This document shows, piece after piece, positions 24,692-38,703 of a DNA stretch of 64,000 bases. Positions within the stretch are counted from its first letter, which is position 1. The number at the start of each line of letters is the position of its first letter. Origin of the DNA: Ostrea edulis (lineage: Eukaryota); contig NC_079171.1 in assembly GCF_947568905.1 (NCBI RefSeq), positions 52,824,001 to 52,888,000 on the forward strand, given 5' to 3'. The notes beneath the pieces were generated by a model. It ran no database searches. It was given only the letters and a program-made list of their open reading frames with translations, and was not told the origin of the DNA. Both the position numbers and the translations under genes were made by a program.

Positions 24692-24983
24692 TGTTTGCTG
24701 TGTAATTTAACTTCTGGTGAGGATGCTGACTGGCATTAAGATTCGGTTCAGGGCTCAGGATTTATGTTAACAAGATTGTCTGTTAAATCTATTGAAGAGA
24801 TGAATATTGTTCACAACCTATCTGTGGATACATTTCATACAATGCAATATTTACACATGAGGCGACTGAGGCGATGTTGGATATACATATATATATATTT
24901 CTTTCATCCACATTTTTCTCTGAAAAAAAAAAATGAAAATTGTAGTAATTAGTGTAGTAGTTATCCACAGACTGTGGATATCA

Positions 24984-25056
24984 GCCTGGATAGTTCAGTG
25001 GTTAGAGCACCTGACTAGTAATGCAGGGGTACCAGGTTCGATTCCCGGTCCCGCCA
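24984..25056 (+). pseudogene. tRNA-Thr(AGT)-like pseudogene or SINE head
   Basis: A box TAGTTCAGTGG, loop CT-AGT-AA, B box GGTTCGATTCC. Acceptor stem pairs 5/7 and the anticodon stem has a bulge. Confidence 0.6.
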
Positions 25057-26439
25057 CAGATTATCTCCTTTCTCCTATATATATTTAGTACACAATGAAC
25101 AAAATGAGTGTTTAAACTTTTTATATCTGCAAAAAAAAAGCATCTCAACTAAAGCTTCGAAATTGTCATCTAATTGAAAACAAAAATGCTATTTAACTGA
25201 TTGAGGAACGTTCCTAAAAACACCATATATTTCGGAAGAGTGGAAAATGGATGTTTTCTTTGTTTGTTATGTATAGTTTGTAATGATTTGTTGTTTTATT
25301 ATAAATTCTGAAGACCACTGGGCTGAGTTTACAAGTAACAATTTCGTCAGTCAGAATGTTATTCTATCACTAATGTTATCAACAATTACATTTAATGCAC
25401 ACTGATTCCTCTTTATAATGAGACCTGACTTTGTGTCGTGAATATCTACGATAACAATGAACAGCTATGCATGTCTTGTTATGTATGAAGGTAACGGTAT
25501 ATCGTTTCACCGGTCAGAGGACTTGTTTTCACAAAATCATTGAAATTATTACTTAGTTTTTATGGACAATGTTAGTATTTATATAATGAAAAAAGAAAAT
25601 TTTCAGTTAAATCGTAGTTTAAAAGTATTATCTAAAGCAAATGCACGTTCAATAGATTGATCAATGTTGATGTGAAATGTCCATGCAATAAATTGCAATA
25701 TTTTGCTCAATTTACATGGATTTAGGAAATATAAGATTGTTTCTTCATTTTAAGACCAGACATCTAATTGAGTTAGAAAATTCATTTAGCAATGTTAGAA
25801 TTGAGTACAAGTATATGCAATGAAAATTTTTTGAAGTACGGTATTTGAAAATTGAGAATGGACAAATACTTGTGTATGGAAAGTGCGTAAAAGTTTGATT
25901 TTGCAGGGAGTGTACTAATTTTCATGTTGAACCAGTGATTCAAGGTCTCGCTAATTCCAGGGTTATCAACATGATCAAGTTCTCGTGGAAGAATTAAATA
26001 CCTGTAGTGTTTATAGTGGAATTTCTTATGAAAGCAAATATTGTAATCCTTTTACCAATGTGTGATTGTGTAATGCCTATTTATGTGTCAGAATAAAAAT
26101 ACAATTGAAGTCCAACTTGCAATAATATTTTCATTTATAACGTACTCCATTCATACCTCTGCAGAACTGGGGGGGGGGGGGATTTTCGCACAAGCCCTAC
26201 CAACATTGTTGATAATGATTAAGAAACACAACTATCATGGGTCAAGCATCATGGGTAAAGTTCGTTATTTCCTGAATATAAGCAAAAAAAAAAATCCTTT
26301 TAAATCGTGAAAACTAAAACTAGATGTGCTGTTTTTATCATGATTTTTTTTATCATGGTTTATATTGAAAATACAGTTATATAGGTTTCCAAAGCAGAAA
26401 CACATTAGGTTGATGTGCATGTGAAATAGCATGTTTGAG

Positions 26440-26580
26440 CACATTCAGACTGGAAATCTCAACATTCTGACTAAAGCCAGCCCCTATTAATTCACTTCAA
26501 AGTCAGACTAGAAATCTCAACATTTTGACCAAAGCCAGCCCCTAATAATTCATTTCACAGTCAGACTGGAAATTTCAGTA
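26440..26580. repeat. ~62-bp tandem repeat, about 2.3 copies
   Basis: TCAGACTGGAAATCTCAACATT...AAAGCCAGCCCCTA recurs. Confidence 0.8.
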
Positions 26581-26701
26581 TGTTCAATGCAGGGTTACAT
26601 GCTTAAATACATTCTCTTTCATTTTAAATTTAGTTTTAAGTGTGACACAGTGGCAACGGGGTGTGTATAGATTTACTATTCAGGCTGCATATGAAGATTA
26701 A

Positions 26702-27110
26702 AGGCATAGCCTAGGGTCTATCTTTTATCTAAAAATTGACAGCACAATATTTTGCAAGAACTCCAAAATACAAATTTGTAGTATTAATTTTGAGTTATCT
26801 ATCGCTGCAGTGCTTTGAAATTGAAGTCGTTTTGACGTTTTAGCCCTTTATAAAAATTTTGTCTGGAGGACAATATATCAAACTGGTACCCCGCTAATTG
26901 GTGGCTATACACACAAACATAAGAGATGTGAAGTCAACAGGGTACCAGTTTAGGCAAATGAGAACAGGGAATTATTTTGTAATTACTATCATATCCAATG
27001 TGTTTGCAAACATTCTGAAGAACTTTTTGTGATTTTTTTAGTTATGATCTTAAATTTCGCCACCTTTTTGGAACATGCAAAATTTCACCAATATCTTAGA
27101 CCCTATGCCT
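26702..27110. mobile_element. Kolobok-like non-autonomous DNA transposon
   Basis: TTAA on both sides (26698-26701, 27111-27114), RR...YY termini, TIR AGGCATAG(CCTAG)GGTCTA / TAGACCCTATGCCT, internal IR ACTGGTACCC/GGGTACCAGT. Confidence 0.75.
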
Positions 27111-27659
27111 TTAAGTTTTCATTATTGTACATGCATCATGGATTTTTGTGTACATGATTGAGTGAATCGTGACAGAGTTTGACGGTAATCTAGAAAACTG
27201 CTGTACAAGTAAAAATGATGGGACTATAACTGTTATTGGTACTATGTGATAGAAGTTAGACTTATAGATATAAAGCCGCTATACATCAAGTAAACAAACA
27301 GTCAGACAGAAATTATCTGTGGTCAATGGGGAGAGGGGTTGTGTCACTGTGAACATATAGGGAACATGGATTGCTTTAACAATATTTACATTTCCTTGTT
27401 ATTTCTGTGATAGCCCTCTGTGTTGATTTTCCCATATACATGTATATACTTTCTCACTTGAAAATGAATGACATCAATGGGCAGGGACAATGGAATGCCA
27501 GGTGTATTTCAATTTGTTGGCATGCAGTATTTTTAATATACATGTATCAATTTTATATTTCAATTAAATGGTGTAAATATAAGGAATCATTTGTACTTCA
27601 TTCTACCAATCCTCACTGCTTGTTTTTGAAAATAAAATCAAACAAAGGTTTTATCTGGA

Positions 27660-28070
27660 CGTCACAAATGGAGCATGATGCATCCCATGATACTTTAATC
27701 ATCAATTTATATTTTTTTTAAATCAGGAAATTTAGAAGTATTATTAATTTTCTGTGGGTGTTAATTTAGATGAGGAAGTAGAGCAATATCAGATGCCTAT
27801 GTTGAATTGTACAGTAAACATGGTAAACATTCAATAAGTAAATTGTTTGTTTTTAGAAGTGAAATTAGACAAATGGAGCATGATGCACCCCATAATAACT
27901 TAATCATTCATTCATTTTTTTTTTTGAAAATTGGGGAAATTAAGAAATATTATCAATACTCAGGGAGTGTGAATTTGAATTTAGGAACTAGAATGGTATC
28001 TGATGCTAAATGTAGAAATATTATCAATGATCAGTGGATATCAATTGAATTTAGGAAGTAGAATGGTATC
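27660..28070. repeat. Degenerate ~210-bp direct duplication
   Basis: CAAATGGAGCATGATGCA.CCCAT recurs at ~27665 and ~27870. Confidence 0.7.
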
Positions 28071-28079
28071 CACATGATC

Positions 28080-28473
28080 CAGGGCTCGAAATTAACATAT
28101 GCCCGTCAGTCTGTGACCGGTTAAAAGTATTGCGGACTGACTGACATTTGTTTCAGTCAGTCCGACGGGACTGGTTAATTTTCTAAAGCATCATTTTGGA
28201 AAATATACTTATGAAATTTTATACACACATTTGGTATGCTTCGATCTGTAGATATCGGACGAATCTGATTCGTAAATATAAATCCCACATTTATGTGTTA
28301 CAATATTGTCTGAGGCATATTGAGTTTAATTTCATTTTAATAACATTAACGAAATATGTTTAATTATATCTGGAAAACTCTGTTGGACTGGTAAAATTTT
28401 CTGTGGACTGGTTGAAATTATACCCCATCAGTCCAACTGGACTGGTGACATAAAAAGTTAGCTTCAAGCCCTG
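28080..28473. mobile_element. MITE with CAGGG...CCCTG termini (hAT-like)
   Basis: TIR CAGGGCTCGAAATTAAC / GTTAGCTTCAAGCCCTG with ACTGGT/CAGTC subterminal repeats. No clean TSD seen. Confidence 0.75.
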
Positions 28474-28604
28474 GTATCAGATGTTAAATATAGAATTCTG
28501 CAGTAAACATGCAATAAGTATTGTGTTTTTACGTGTATTTTTAGATTGACATGAGCAATGTGAAACATGAAGCTCAAGGTCGTTGAAAGAGGTCAACGTA
28601 CAAG

Positions 28605-28724
28605 ATGAGTACAGACCGTAGCCCGCTCAACACTGGGCTTAGTATGATGAACTTTGATGGCCTTGACCTTCAGAGTCAGCAGGAAAAAGAACTACAACGA
28701 GAAAACGAACAGCAACAAAATGAG
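28605..28724 (+). CDS. CEP152: CEP152 coding exon 1 (MSTDRSPLN...QQQNE)
   Basis: Acceptor at 28544, 40 codons, GAG|GTCAGT donor. Start could instead be the downstream MM. Confidence 0.8.
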
Positions 28725-31700
28725 GTCAGTATCATTCTGTGGTTAATTAAGTCAGTATCTGTGGTTAATTAGATCAGTATTGGGGTTAATTAGGTCAGTA
28801 TCTGTGGTTAATTAGGTCAGTATCTGTGGTTAATTAGGTCAGTATCAGGGTTAATTAGGTCAGTATCTGTGGTTAATTAGGTCAGTATCGGAGTTAATTA
28901 GGTCAATGTCTGGGGTTAATTAGGTCAGTATCTGTGGTTAATTAGGCCAGTATCGGGGTTAATTAGGTCAGTATCTGTGGTTAATTAGGTCAGTATTGGA
29001 GTTAATTAGGTCAATGTCTGGGGTTAATTAAGTCAGTATCTGTGGTTAATAAGGTTGGTATTTTGGGTTAATTAGGTCCGTATCTGAATTAATTAAGTCA
29101 CTATTGAGAAGAGGTCTTTTTTATTATATGTATTAGATGTGTGTTTATGTGGCCTGTAGTTTTGGTTTTGATTATAGACATGAAGGTCAACATGGTCAAA
29201 GGTTGTGGTTTGTGGATATTTGTCATTGGTAGGAGTGCACCATGATATACAATTTAGTTGTTTACATTTAGCCGTTGTTTACATCCAGTGGTTGTTGTTT
29301 ACATTCAGCGGTTGTTGTTTACATTCAGCGGTTGTTGTTTACATTCAGTGGTTGTTGTTTACATTCAGCGGTTGTTGTTTACATTCAGTGGTTGTTGTTT
29401 ACATTCAGTGGTTGTTTACATTCAGTGGTTGTTGTTTACATTCAGTGGTTGTTGTTTACATTCAGTCGTTGTTTACATTCAGCGGTTGTTGTTTACATTC
29501 AGTCGTTGTTTACATACTGTGGTTGTTGTTTACATTCAGCGGTTGTTGTTTACATTCAGTGGTTGTTTACATTCAGTGGTTGTTGTTTACATTCAGCGGT
29601 TGTTGTTTACATACTGTGGTTGTTGTTTACATACTGTGGTTGTTGTTTACATTCAGCGGTTGTTGTTTACATTCAGTGGTTGTTGTTTACATTCAGTCGT
29701 TGTTGTTTACATTCAGTGGTTGTTGTTTATATTCAGTCGTTGTTGTGTAAGTGTACCGACTCATGAGAAGTATTGAAGTTAACTAAACTGATGCCCATCG
29801 GTTCTAGATCTGAGGTGATGTGGGACGTACTCATGAAGTTCAGTAGTTGTTTTACATACAAATAGACCTTTACAGAGAAGTATTGAAGTTGACTAAACTG
29901 ATACCCATCGGTTCCAGATCTTTTGATGACATGCAAAGTATCATGATATATTGTATCGTATCGCAACTTGGGGATCATGATATATTGGCTTAGTTCAGTA
30001 TCGTCCCAGCTCCAGTCATTTGGGCATTTTCATTTTGAATTTTGTGTTTAGAATGAAGTTAGATTAATTAGGTAATTAATAAAGTAAATGTAAGTAAATA
30101 ATTAGGTAATTAATAATATGTTATGGTGATGACAGCTGCTAACGTTCATGAAAATTATTCAGATTTTGGGATTGGATATATTATTGTGTATCAAGTGGAT
30201 GGCAAACTGCACATATTTAACCTCTATCTATTTAATCTCTTTCTCGTGCCTTGTATAGAAAACTAAATGGTGGATGAATTATGAATTTATATATATGAAT
30301 TACAGATGAGGAATTCTCAGGGGAAAAGAATGATAATGTGTGTCACATTCCTTCATAATGACATTGGAAAACCATTTAATTTTGGTCTATGGAAATTTAA
30401 AAAATCTTTTAGAAAGTGCTGAATTTGAATGAAGCCCACACACGTACGGTTTAAACACATACAGAACCTGAATGTAACATTCAGTTATCGGCAAACTTTG
30501 CCAAAGTTTTGAAAACTTACCAGAGATTTTTGTGATTTTGTTGATATTTTTATAACTATATACAGGAAAATGTTGAAATATTTTACCAGTTCATAGCAAA
30601 TTTTACCTGGTTATAGTCTAGTGGTCTGGAGACTTTTGGATTGTGAAGCGTGTGTATACAAAATGCAAGAAGCAACATGTTTTTGTAAATTAACATACAT
30701 GCATGTGTCCGTACCTATATTTTTGATATGCTAAATAAACATTTAGATTTATTATTCATCTTTTTCAATTTGCATTACATCAATTGATATTTATATGTTG
30801 TGATTCCAAGCATGGCCTTATAAGAATGATAGTAGTGTATATTCTCCTTGTGGTGCGGCCATTACATTTTGTGTGAATGAGACGAGTTTAAGGCGCGAGT
30901 GTCCTCTAGCCAGTAACCCTATATATCATGTTGGTAGACTCTCTTACCTTAACTCACATACATACACTGTATATGTATGTTCAGCACTTGCAAAAATCAC
31001 CCCGTATTTCAATTTCATTTCGTACAAGTTTCTAAACATGTTGAAAACCCCGGTACCTTGGGCATTACGAGAGGGTGTTCTTAGTTGTAGGAACGTGTGC
31101 CCGATCCCTTTGTCTTTAATATCTTAACAATAGAATATGTTTAGCTCCGCAGGGAAAGTCAACAGATGTTTGGTGATAATGACTAAGTTGTCACTGATGA
31201 GCTTGGGGAACTTCACACGCTCTTTTTATATTCCTGATTGGCTCACAGTGCAAAGGCAGTGCAGTCTCACTCCAGTCCAGGAGGATGGGATCTTACGGGG
31301 GATTAGTGTCGTATCGGCAGTCACCACGACAACACCACGGCAACACGATGCCTGTTAATTCATCAGAGCTCAATCAAAATGATCGCCTTTTCCTAACTCT
31401 TTGTAGGATTAAAAATAATGCTCTAAGCATTGAAAGAGCAATCTAGAGAAAACAATTGATGTAGGAAGAATCCTAATTGGAATAGGGTATTAATGGTTTT
31501 CCTGGTGCTTGAGGTGACACGGAGAGAGAGAGAGAGATTTCTTGAGAGAGACAATTGGTACTGAATTAAGCCTTCCAGGTTATGATTGTAAAATTTCATG
31601 TAGTGTACAAATGAGAATGATTGGTTATTTTTCTTTTGGTGAATGATGCTGGGGTATGCAATGAATTCAGTTCAGTGTTTGCTGCAAGATTAGTGTGAAA

Positions 31701-34700
31701 AAAGAAGAATTGGAGAATTACAGAAAACACAGATGAACTGTTAGGATTGATTGATTGGATATTGTTTAATGTCCTGGGCATCTCAAGAGTTTCTCACCCA
31801 TATGGAGAGTCTGACATAACCATTGCAGGTGAAGGGTGCAAAATTTAGGCCCATGATCGGCGCTTACAGCCTTTGAGCAGTAAGGGATTTTTATCATACC
31901 GTACCTGTGTGACACGGGACCTCGGTTTTTGCGGTCTCATCCAAAGGACCAACCCATTTAGTCGCCTCTTACCACAAGCAAGGGCTACTGAGGACCTATT
32001 CTAACCTGAATTTCAATTGGAAAATGTGACAAAGTCGTGCTGGATTTCATACATGTATTTTCCCTGACATAAGTCATTGCACAAAGTCGGTTGAATTAAG
32101 TTCACCTGCTTCAATGTGTTTGATGGCCTCCGCGGAGTATCGTGATGTTCAGTATGGCACCGGAAATGACAACTTTTTCTTGAATCCTTTCCGATTAAGT
32201 AACCTTAGTGAGAAGTTGGAGTGGTGCCCATGTCAAGGTTATCTGCAGGTCAAAGTTCACCCAGCTGTTATTGAGGACATTGGTGATTTGTATTCTATGT
32301 TGATAAAGGTAGTGTAGATTCGGGGATTACTGTTTAAGATTGGTCAGTCCTGACGTTCAGTTTTGTAGTGTTTATTATTTAACCGGAATGAATTTACTGA
32401 TAAAGCTTATTTTTTGTTGTACACTGGCTGTGAAACTTGGCCTGACCCCCAGGCTATGATCTGAAATTTCATTCCTGCCTGAGGATTTGACTGTTTCTGG
32501 CTGTTAGACAAGTTATGATGTCTAACCCAGCCGGAGTCTTCAAGAATCCTTTGGTTCAAATTTATGCCCTGGGAAATTTCGAACTTTTCCCTAATTTCGA
32601 AAATAATCTTTCATTTCAGGAATGAGTAAAAGCCTTATGCCAATTTTGAGAAACATGTTTGCTAATCTTACACGCACCAATGTCTATTTGAGAAGAGTTT
32701 ATTTACAAGTGATTTTTAATTGCAACAGTTGAAGGCATTGCTAAAGGACGCTTTTGACGATTTAATCGATGAGGACGATGAGTTTTCCGTGACATCAGAT
32801 GAAGGAGGAGACTCGCGGAATCACAGCCTCCATTTCAAATCTAAGGATGAAACGTACGTAATAAAGAACAAAGAGGACAGAAATTTTGATCGTATTTGGT
32901 GTAAATAAAAATCGAAAGGGATCTCCCCTTTAAAAAACCCGCAGGATATATAAGATTTTTTCACCACGCAGAAGATGAACAATAATTTTTTTTGGGTGAA
33001 TTGGTATGATATTTCATCTTTTGGAAATCATGAAATGAAATCCTCACAGAATTAATTGTTGATGCCAAGCAGGAAACTATGCAGGAATTAAAAATTCTGC
33101 AGTGTGTCAAAGAGTCAAGTACTTGTTTGTGGTGGATTTTAAATGAATTTGGGGATAAAAAAAACTAATAATTTCACTTTGTTGTTGACAGGGAGCCCAT
33201 AGTGGAGGAAGATGAAGAACCGTCTGGACTTTTGTTTGCCAGGAACCGACGAACGTACCCCCTCCCCACCTCCACACCCCTCGGAGGTCTCCCCACCATC
33301 GCTCAGAGTCCCTACGGCTCGATGTCTTCACTGAGACAATCTCAGGACAGCCTCAGAGCATCTCAAGAGCAACTGAGATCATCTCAGGAAGGAGGTAAGC
33401 ACTTAGAGTATCTCGGGAGGACTTTCTGGAGATAACACAAAGATGAGAATCTCTACACAGTGAGTGGTGGAGCTTTTAAACTCCAGTGTACATGCTAAAG
33501 TTAATTCTTTCACAGGGAGGCTGACCTCATGGACCAGCAGGTTTCATTGGAGAGGGTCAGAATCAGAAATCACATTACATATCTTATTCTTGAACATGTT
33601 GTAATGTACATACAACATAAAAAAAAGTCACCATGTTTGGTAATGCTGTAACTTGATGCTACTGATGACCCTGTAGTTAGATTATATCGGATAAGCAGAG
33701 GCTTGGACTGGCATTATATTAGCTGACAACTCTCTCAGCACAGGGAGATGAGTTTTCTTTGGAACATAAGTTTATTCAGCATGATCAATTTTTATGACTT
33801 TAGTATTTGAAATAGAGATATATGATATAAACAAGTTCATTGTGTTGAAATTTTTGGTTTTGGATGGATCTTTAAAATTTATTGAGATGTGGGACTGTAC
33901 TGTACGTATAAATCGAGTCTGATGATTAGGAATAAGCTGGACTGTTTGTAGAAGTTCGACGGTCAGTTTGGATTTCTTTGGTGTACACCACAGCTTACTT
34001 AAGAGCGTGTAGGATCAACTTAGGAGAGAGTATTGTCCATCTGTAGGAATCTGAATCTCGGATTAATTGAATCTTGAGGAAGATATGGCGAGATGAAGAT
34101 TTGTTCTCCATGAGAGAACATCAGTTCCAGCGTGGAGATTGTATAACATCAGGGCTTAATATCCTTGCATACAGGTCCGGTAAATGAACCTGTTGGTCTC
34201 TTTTTTCCCCCCAGATTTCCCAAAATATCAGCTCACAAGCATAGTAAGAATGGGATCTGTGTTGCTGCGTAAAATCTTGGGAGAAAAGTCCGTATAAGGG
34301 GAATTTTTAGCGAGACACAAATTTAGCGATTTTCCCATAAAAATTGGTATATAATTTAATGAGAGCTAATTTTAGCGACTGTATAATTCCAGGAAAGATA
34401 ACTATGACCTCCAATATGGAATAAATTGTTAGCAATATTCAATTTTAGTGATCTCAACACCCTCGCTAATAATATCAAAATTAAATCCACGCTAAAAATT
34501 CTGCTTATATGGTAACAATTTTTCAACCTAAAATTCCCTATTGTATTGTATGGTACAGGGTCCAGTACCGTTTCGGTACTGGACCCTGTTCCAACAAGGA
34601 TCAATTATGAAGCCCTGAACATTGAGGCGGTTACTTTGATTTGAGTTGTGTCAAGAGTAGAAATGAATCTGAATAATGCGTATAAGCTTTTTCCATTGTT

Positions 34701-36201
34701 TTATATATATACACAAGACCGGTGTGCTTTCTTTTATTTGCAGTTTTGAGACGGTCCCAAGAAGGTCTGTTAGAAAGTGATGGATACCATAGTAACAGTG
34801 AACAGAGCAGCACCAAGTCATCCAATCACCATCATCGTCCCCAACACCATCGTCATCAGTTCCACCAGGTACCGGATTGGACCGGTCAGGACGTGTTCTC
34901 GCACCATGGTCAGCCGATCGTCTATGATCCCACTCATCACGGTAATCAGTACCTACCGCATCACGCAAACCACGAGGATCCGCATTACAGATACGGGGAG
35001 TTTCCCGAGCGGCAGGAAGCTGAGGGCGGGGCGGACGAACCTCCAACAGACATCAGACATTTACCCGGACATTATCATTATCAACATCTTCATCATTACA
35101 CTGGGTACTACAGGTCAGCGGGTTTCTTCATTATTTTCTGTGTTTTGTGCAGAGTAGAAGACACATAGTGATCTTTAACTGCAGTCTTTGTCTGTGTGTC
35201 TGTTTGTCTGTCTGTGCATCCATCTATCAGTCTGTCTGTAGTCAAACTTTACTGTAACTGTAGATCTGGAACCCTCTAGGAAAATATTTGGACTGATCAG
35301 ATGTAAGGCTTCAGCCGTGCACATTTTTTTCTGCACTGTATATGAAGTTTTTATAAGGGGTGGATCTGTATCTCCCTGATCTGTTCCAATATTTTCTCAG
35401 AGAGCTACAGATCTGCAGCTAACTTCACTGTGAAGTCACTAGAAGATGACACTCTTTATTTCAAATTTTGTAGACCCATGGCTCCATTTTTGATTTATGA
35501 AATGTAAATGAAACTTTGTATAAACTTATCTGACATTACATTTTCAGAGACCTGCCTGAAGAAGAGGATCATCCAAGGGCAGACAACCCATACATGCCAT
35601 ACACGCAACCACCACATTCTCAAGCATACCCACACAGTTTACAATCAGACCAAGGCTATGTTACAAACGCTACCTCAGTTTCACATGGGCATCCTGTTCA
35701 CCCTACCCCAATCTCAACAGGACATCCTGTTCATTCCTCACAAGAATATCCAGTTCATGATGCTCCGGAGAAGGATTTCAGGGGAGATTACCAAGTCACG
35801 TATAAACGCAGGGATGACCATGAAGAAAGTGAGAGCGAAGAGGAAGTGCCAGAGGTCAAAGAGAAACGCCCAAAACTGGAGGAGGGGCATGAGAGCACAG
35901 GATCAGGTGTGTATAGACGCTGATGTAGGAATGGGAGAGGATCCGAGATTTAGATCCTGTTACTCTGTATTCATGTCGGGAGGATCCAAGATCAAGCTGC
36001 CGAGTGTCCAATATCCGTTTATCTTGTACTGTAAAAGTGGTTATTTACGCTGGGGGTTTAGTACGTTGTTCCACATCCAATATTACGCATGGTGGAAAAT
36101 GCGTGGTAACTGAATATTATATTTATATTATATCAAAAATTTATAACTATACACATGGGGGAAAATTTACTTGCTTATTACATGACTGCGTAATTAGTGT
36201 A

Positions 36202-36239
<38 letters not shown>

Positions 36240-38558
36240 ATAGATAACCAATAATCACTTTTTTTACAGTATTCCATTCAGCAATTATTTTCTCAAACTT
36301 TACTGAGCTCTTTACTCTTGTGTCCAAAAAAAAAGAGCCCCCCCTCCTTCCCCCACTCAAAAAAAGAACCACATCAAAACTGCAAAAGAAATGAGATTAT
36401 GAATTAATTACAGCAGCTGTGTTTATGTAGTAGAGAAGTTTCATTCTGTTTTGAATGTGATGTAGTCTTATGCAAATACTTTTGCCCAAAATATTCCAGT
36501 TGGTGCTTTCGACAACAGACAGCTCGCTCAGCTTCAGATCTTGTACAAAGCCCGAGGAAGCAAACTGGAGGAGATGACGAGGGACTTTGAGCATTACAAA
36601 CAGGAAACAAGTCGGGAAATACGCATCCTGAAACACCAGATCTCACTGACTAAAGGTAATCTCACTGACTAAAGGTAATCTCACAGACTAAAGGTAATCT
36701 CACGGACTAAAAGTAATCTCACTGATTAAAGGTCATCTCACTGATTAAAGGTCATCTCACTGACTAAAGGTAGTGTAAGAAAGAAAAACACCAGTCCTCG
36801 CTGTCCACAGTTAATGTAAAAAACAATGACCAGAGTTCACTGGCTAAAGCATATAGCAAAATACATTCTGTACATATCTTGTTTTAGGTGAGAAAGAGGG
36901 GACGACCACCAGCTTACAACAGTCTCAGGATCTTCTGATTGAGGCGAAGACGGCAAACGCTCAGCTGAGGGGGAAACTACAGGCCACTGAGAATCAGGTG
37001 GAGGCCCTACACAAGGGGAAGGAGGAGGTTTGTAGCAGCCCATTAATAACGAGTCAATATAAGCATCCAATTAATAACGGGTCAATATAAGCATCCAATA
37101 TAACTATCCAGTGAGGTGTATAGCAGACCATTAATAACGAGTCAATATAAGCATCCAATTAATAACGGGTCAATATAAGCATCCAATATAACTATCCAGA
37201 GAGGAGGTTTATATCAGCCCATTAATAACGAGTCAATATAAGCATCCAATTAATAACGGGTCAATATAAGCATCCAATATAACTAACCAGCAAGGTGTAT
37301 GACAGCCTATTAATAACAGGTCAATATAAGCATCCAATATAACTATCCAGAGAGGAGGTTTATATCAGCCCATTAATAACGAGTCAATATAAGCATCCAA
37401 TATAAATATCCAGTGAAGCGGTTTATATCAGCCTATTAATAACAGGTCAATATAAGCATCCAATATAACTATCCAGAGCGAGGAGGTTTATATCAGCCTA
37501 TTTATAACTGGTCAATATAAGCATCCATTATAACTATCCAGAGAGGAGGTTTATAGCAGCCCATTTATAGCAGGTCAATATACACATCCAATATAAATAT
37601 CCAGCGAAGAGGTTTATATCAGTCTATTAATAACGGGTCAATATAAGCATCCATTATAACTACCCAGCGAGGAGATTTGTAGCAGCCCATTTAGAACTAG
37701 TCAATATAAGCATCCAATGAGGAGGTTTGTATCAGACTCAATATTAATTAGTCAATATAGCATCCATTAGAATTATTCAGTGAAGACGATTATAGCAGAT
37801 CATTAATAATTGGTCAATATAAGCATCAAATATTTCTATCTAGCAATAAGTTTTACACTGCAGCCCTATGATTTATCATCCTGGGTTCCTGTTATTTTCT
37901 TCTTGGTAATAACTAGTCAATAATTTGTAAAAAAAAAAAAATAACGAAATAAGATAATTTTTTTATTCTGATTTCCATGAGCCTCATTGATAAAGCTCAT
38001 TCTGGGTGACCTTTGGCATGTGTTTGACTTTTCTCATGTATGAATTTGAACCCCCTCAGTGAATCATGTTGATAATACTTGACGTTAGATTTCTTTATGA
38101 TATCTTTTACAGGCTGTAAAAAGTCTACAGACAGCCGAGTCCACCATAGAAACTCTGAACCAACAGCTTGCTGAGATGGGGGCCTCAGATAGTCTCAGTC
38201 GTGCTCGAGTTGAGCATGAACGAGTTCTGGCAGGCGTCCAACAGAGACATGACAAAGAGGTCAAAGTTCTCAAAGAAAAGATTGAGGATCTGACCGGGAA
38301 GTTGAATGATTCGGTGAGTCTCAAAGTCTCCTTTCAGGATTTTTCTCTTGTAAATTGTTGCAGGTGTTTTGACTTGAAAATGCGGTTCTCATATATTTGT
38401 ATACATATACACTGTATGTTATTTTGAGAAAGAAGAGAATTGTTATGTTTTGCTGATAAACGCATCAAGGCAAGGTCATGAAAATGCAGTGCTCTGAATC
38501 AAAGTCATTGATAAATACAGAATAATTCTAATAAATGTTGTCTGTAAAATTCATTCTC

Positions 38559-38592
<34 letters not shown>

Positions 38593-38657
38593 GTTTTCTG
38601 ATCAAAATTTGTCCGTTGTCTGTCGTCGTTATTGTCATTGTAAACTTTTCACATTTC

Positions 38658-38703
<46 letters not shown>

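Noticed and set aside
25430-25496. Possible CEP152 5' UTR exon ending at GAAG|GTAACG (25490)
   Set aside because: A 5' exon must exist, but nothing beyond a donor-like motif supports this position.
29205-29776. Three overlapping 163-181 aa hydrophobic ORFs
   Set aside because: Translations of a stop-poor minisatellite.
31190-31215. CTGATGAG hammerhead core
   Set aside because: No helix II followed by GAAA.
34651-35157. Alternative-frame and antisense ORFs over exon 4
   Set aside because: Shadow ORFs of the GC-richer CEP152 exon.
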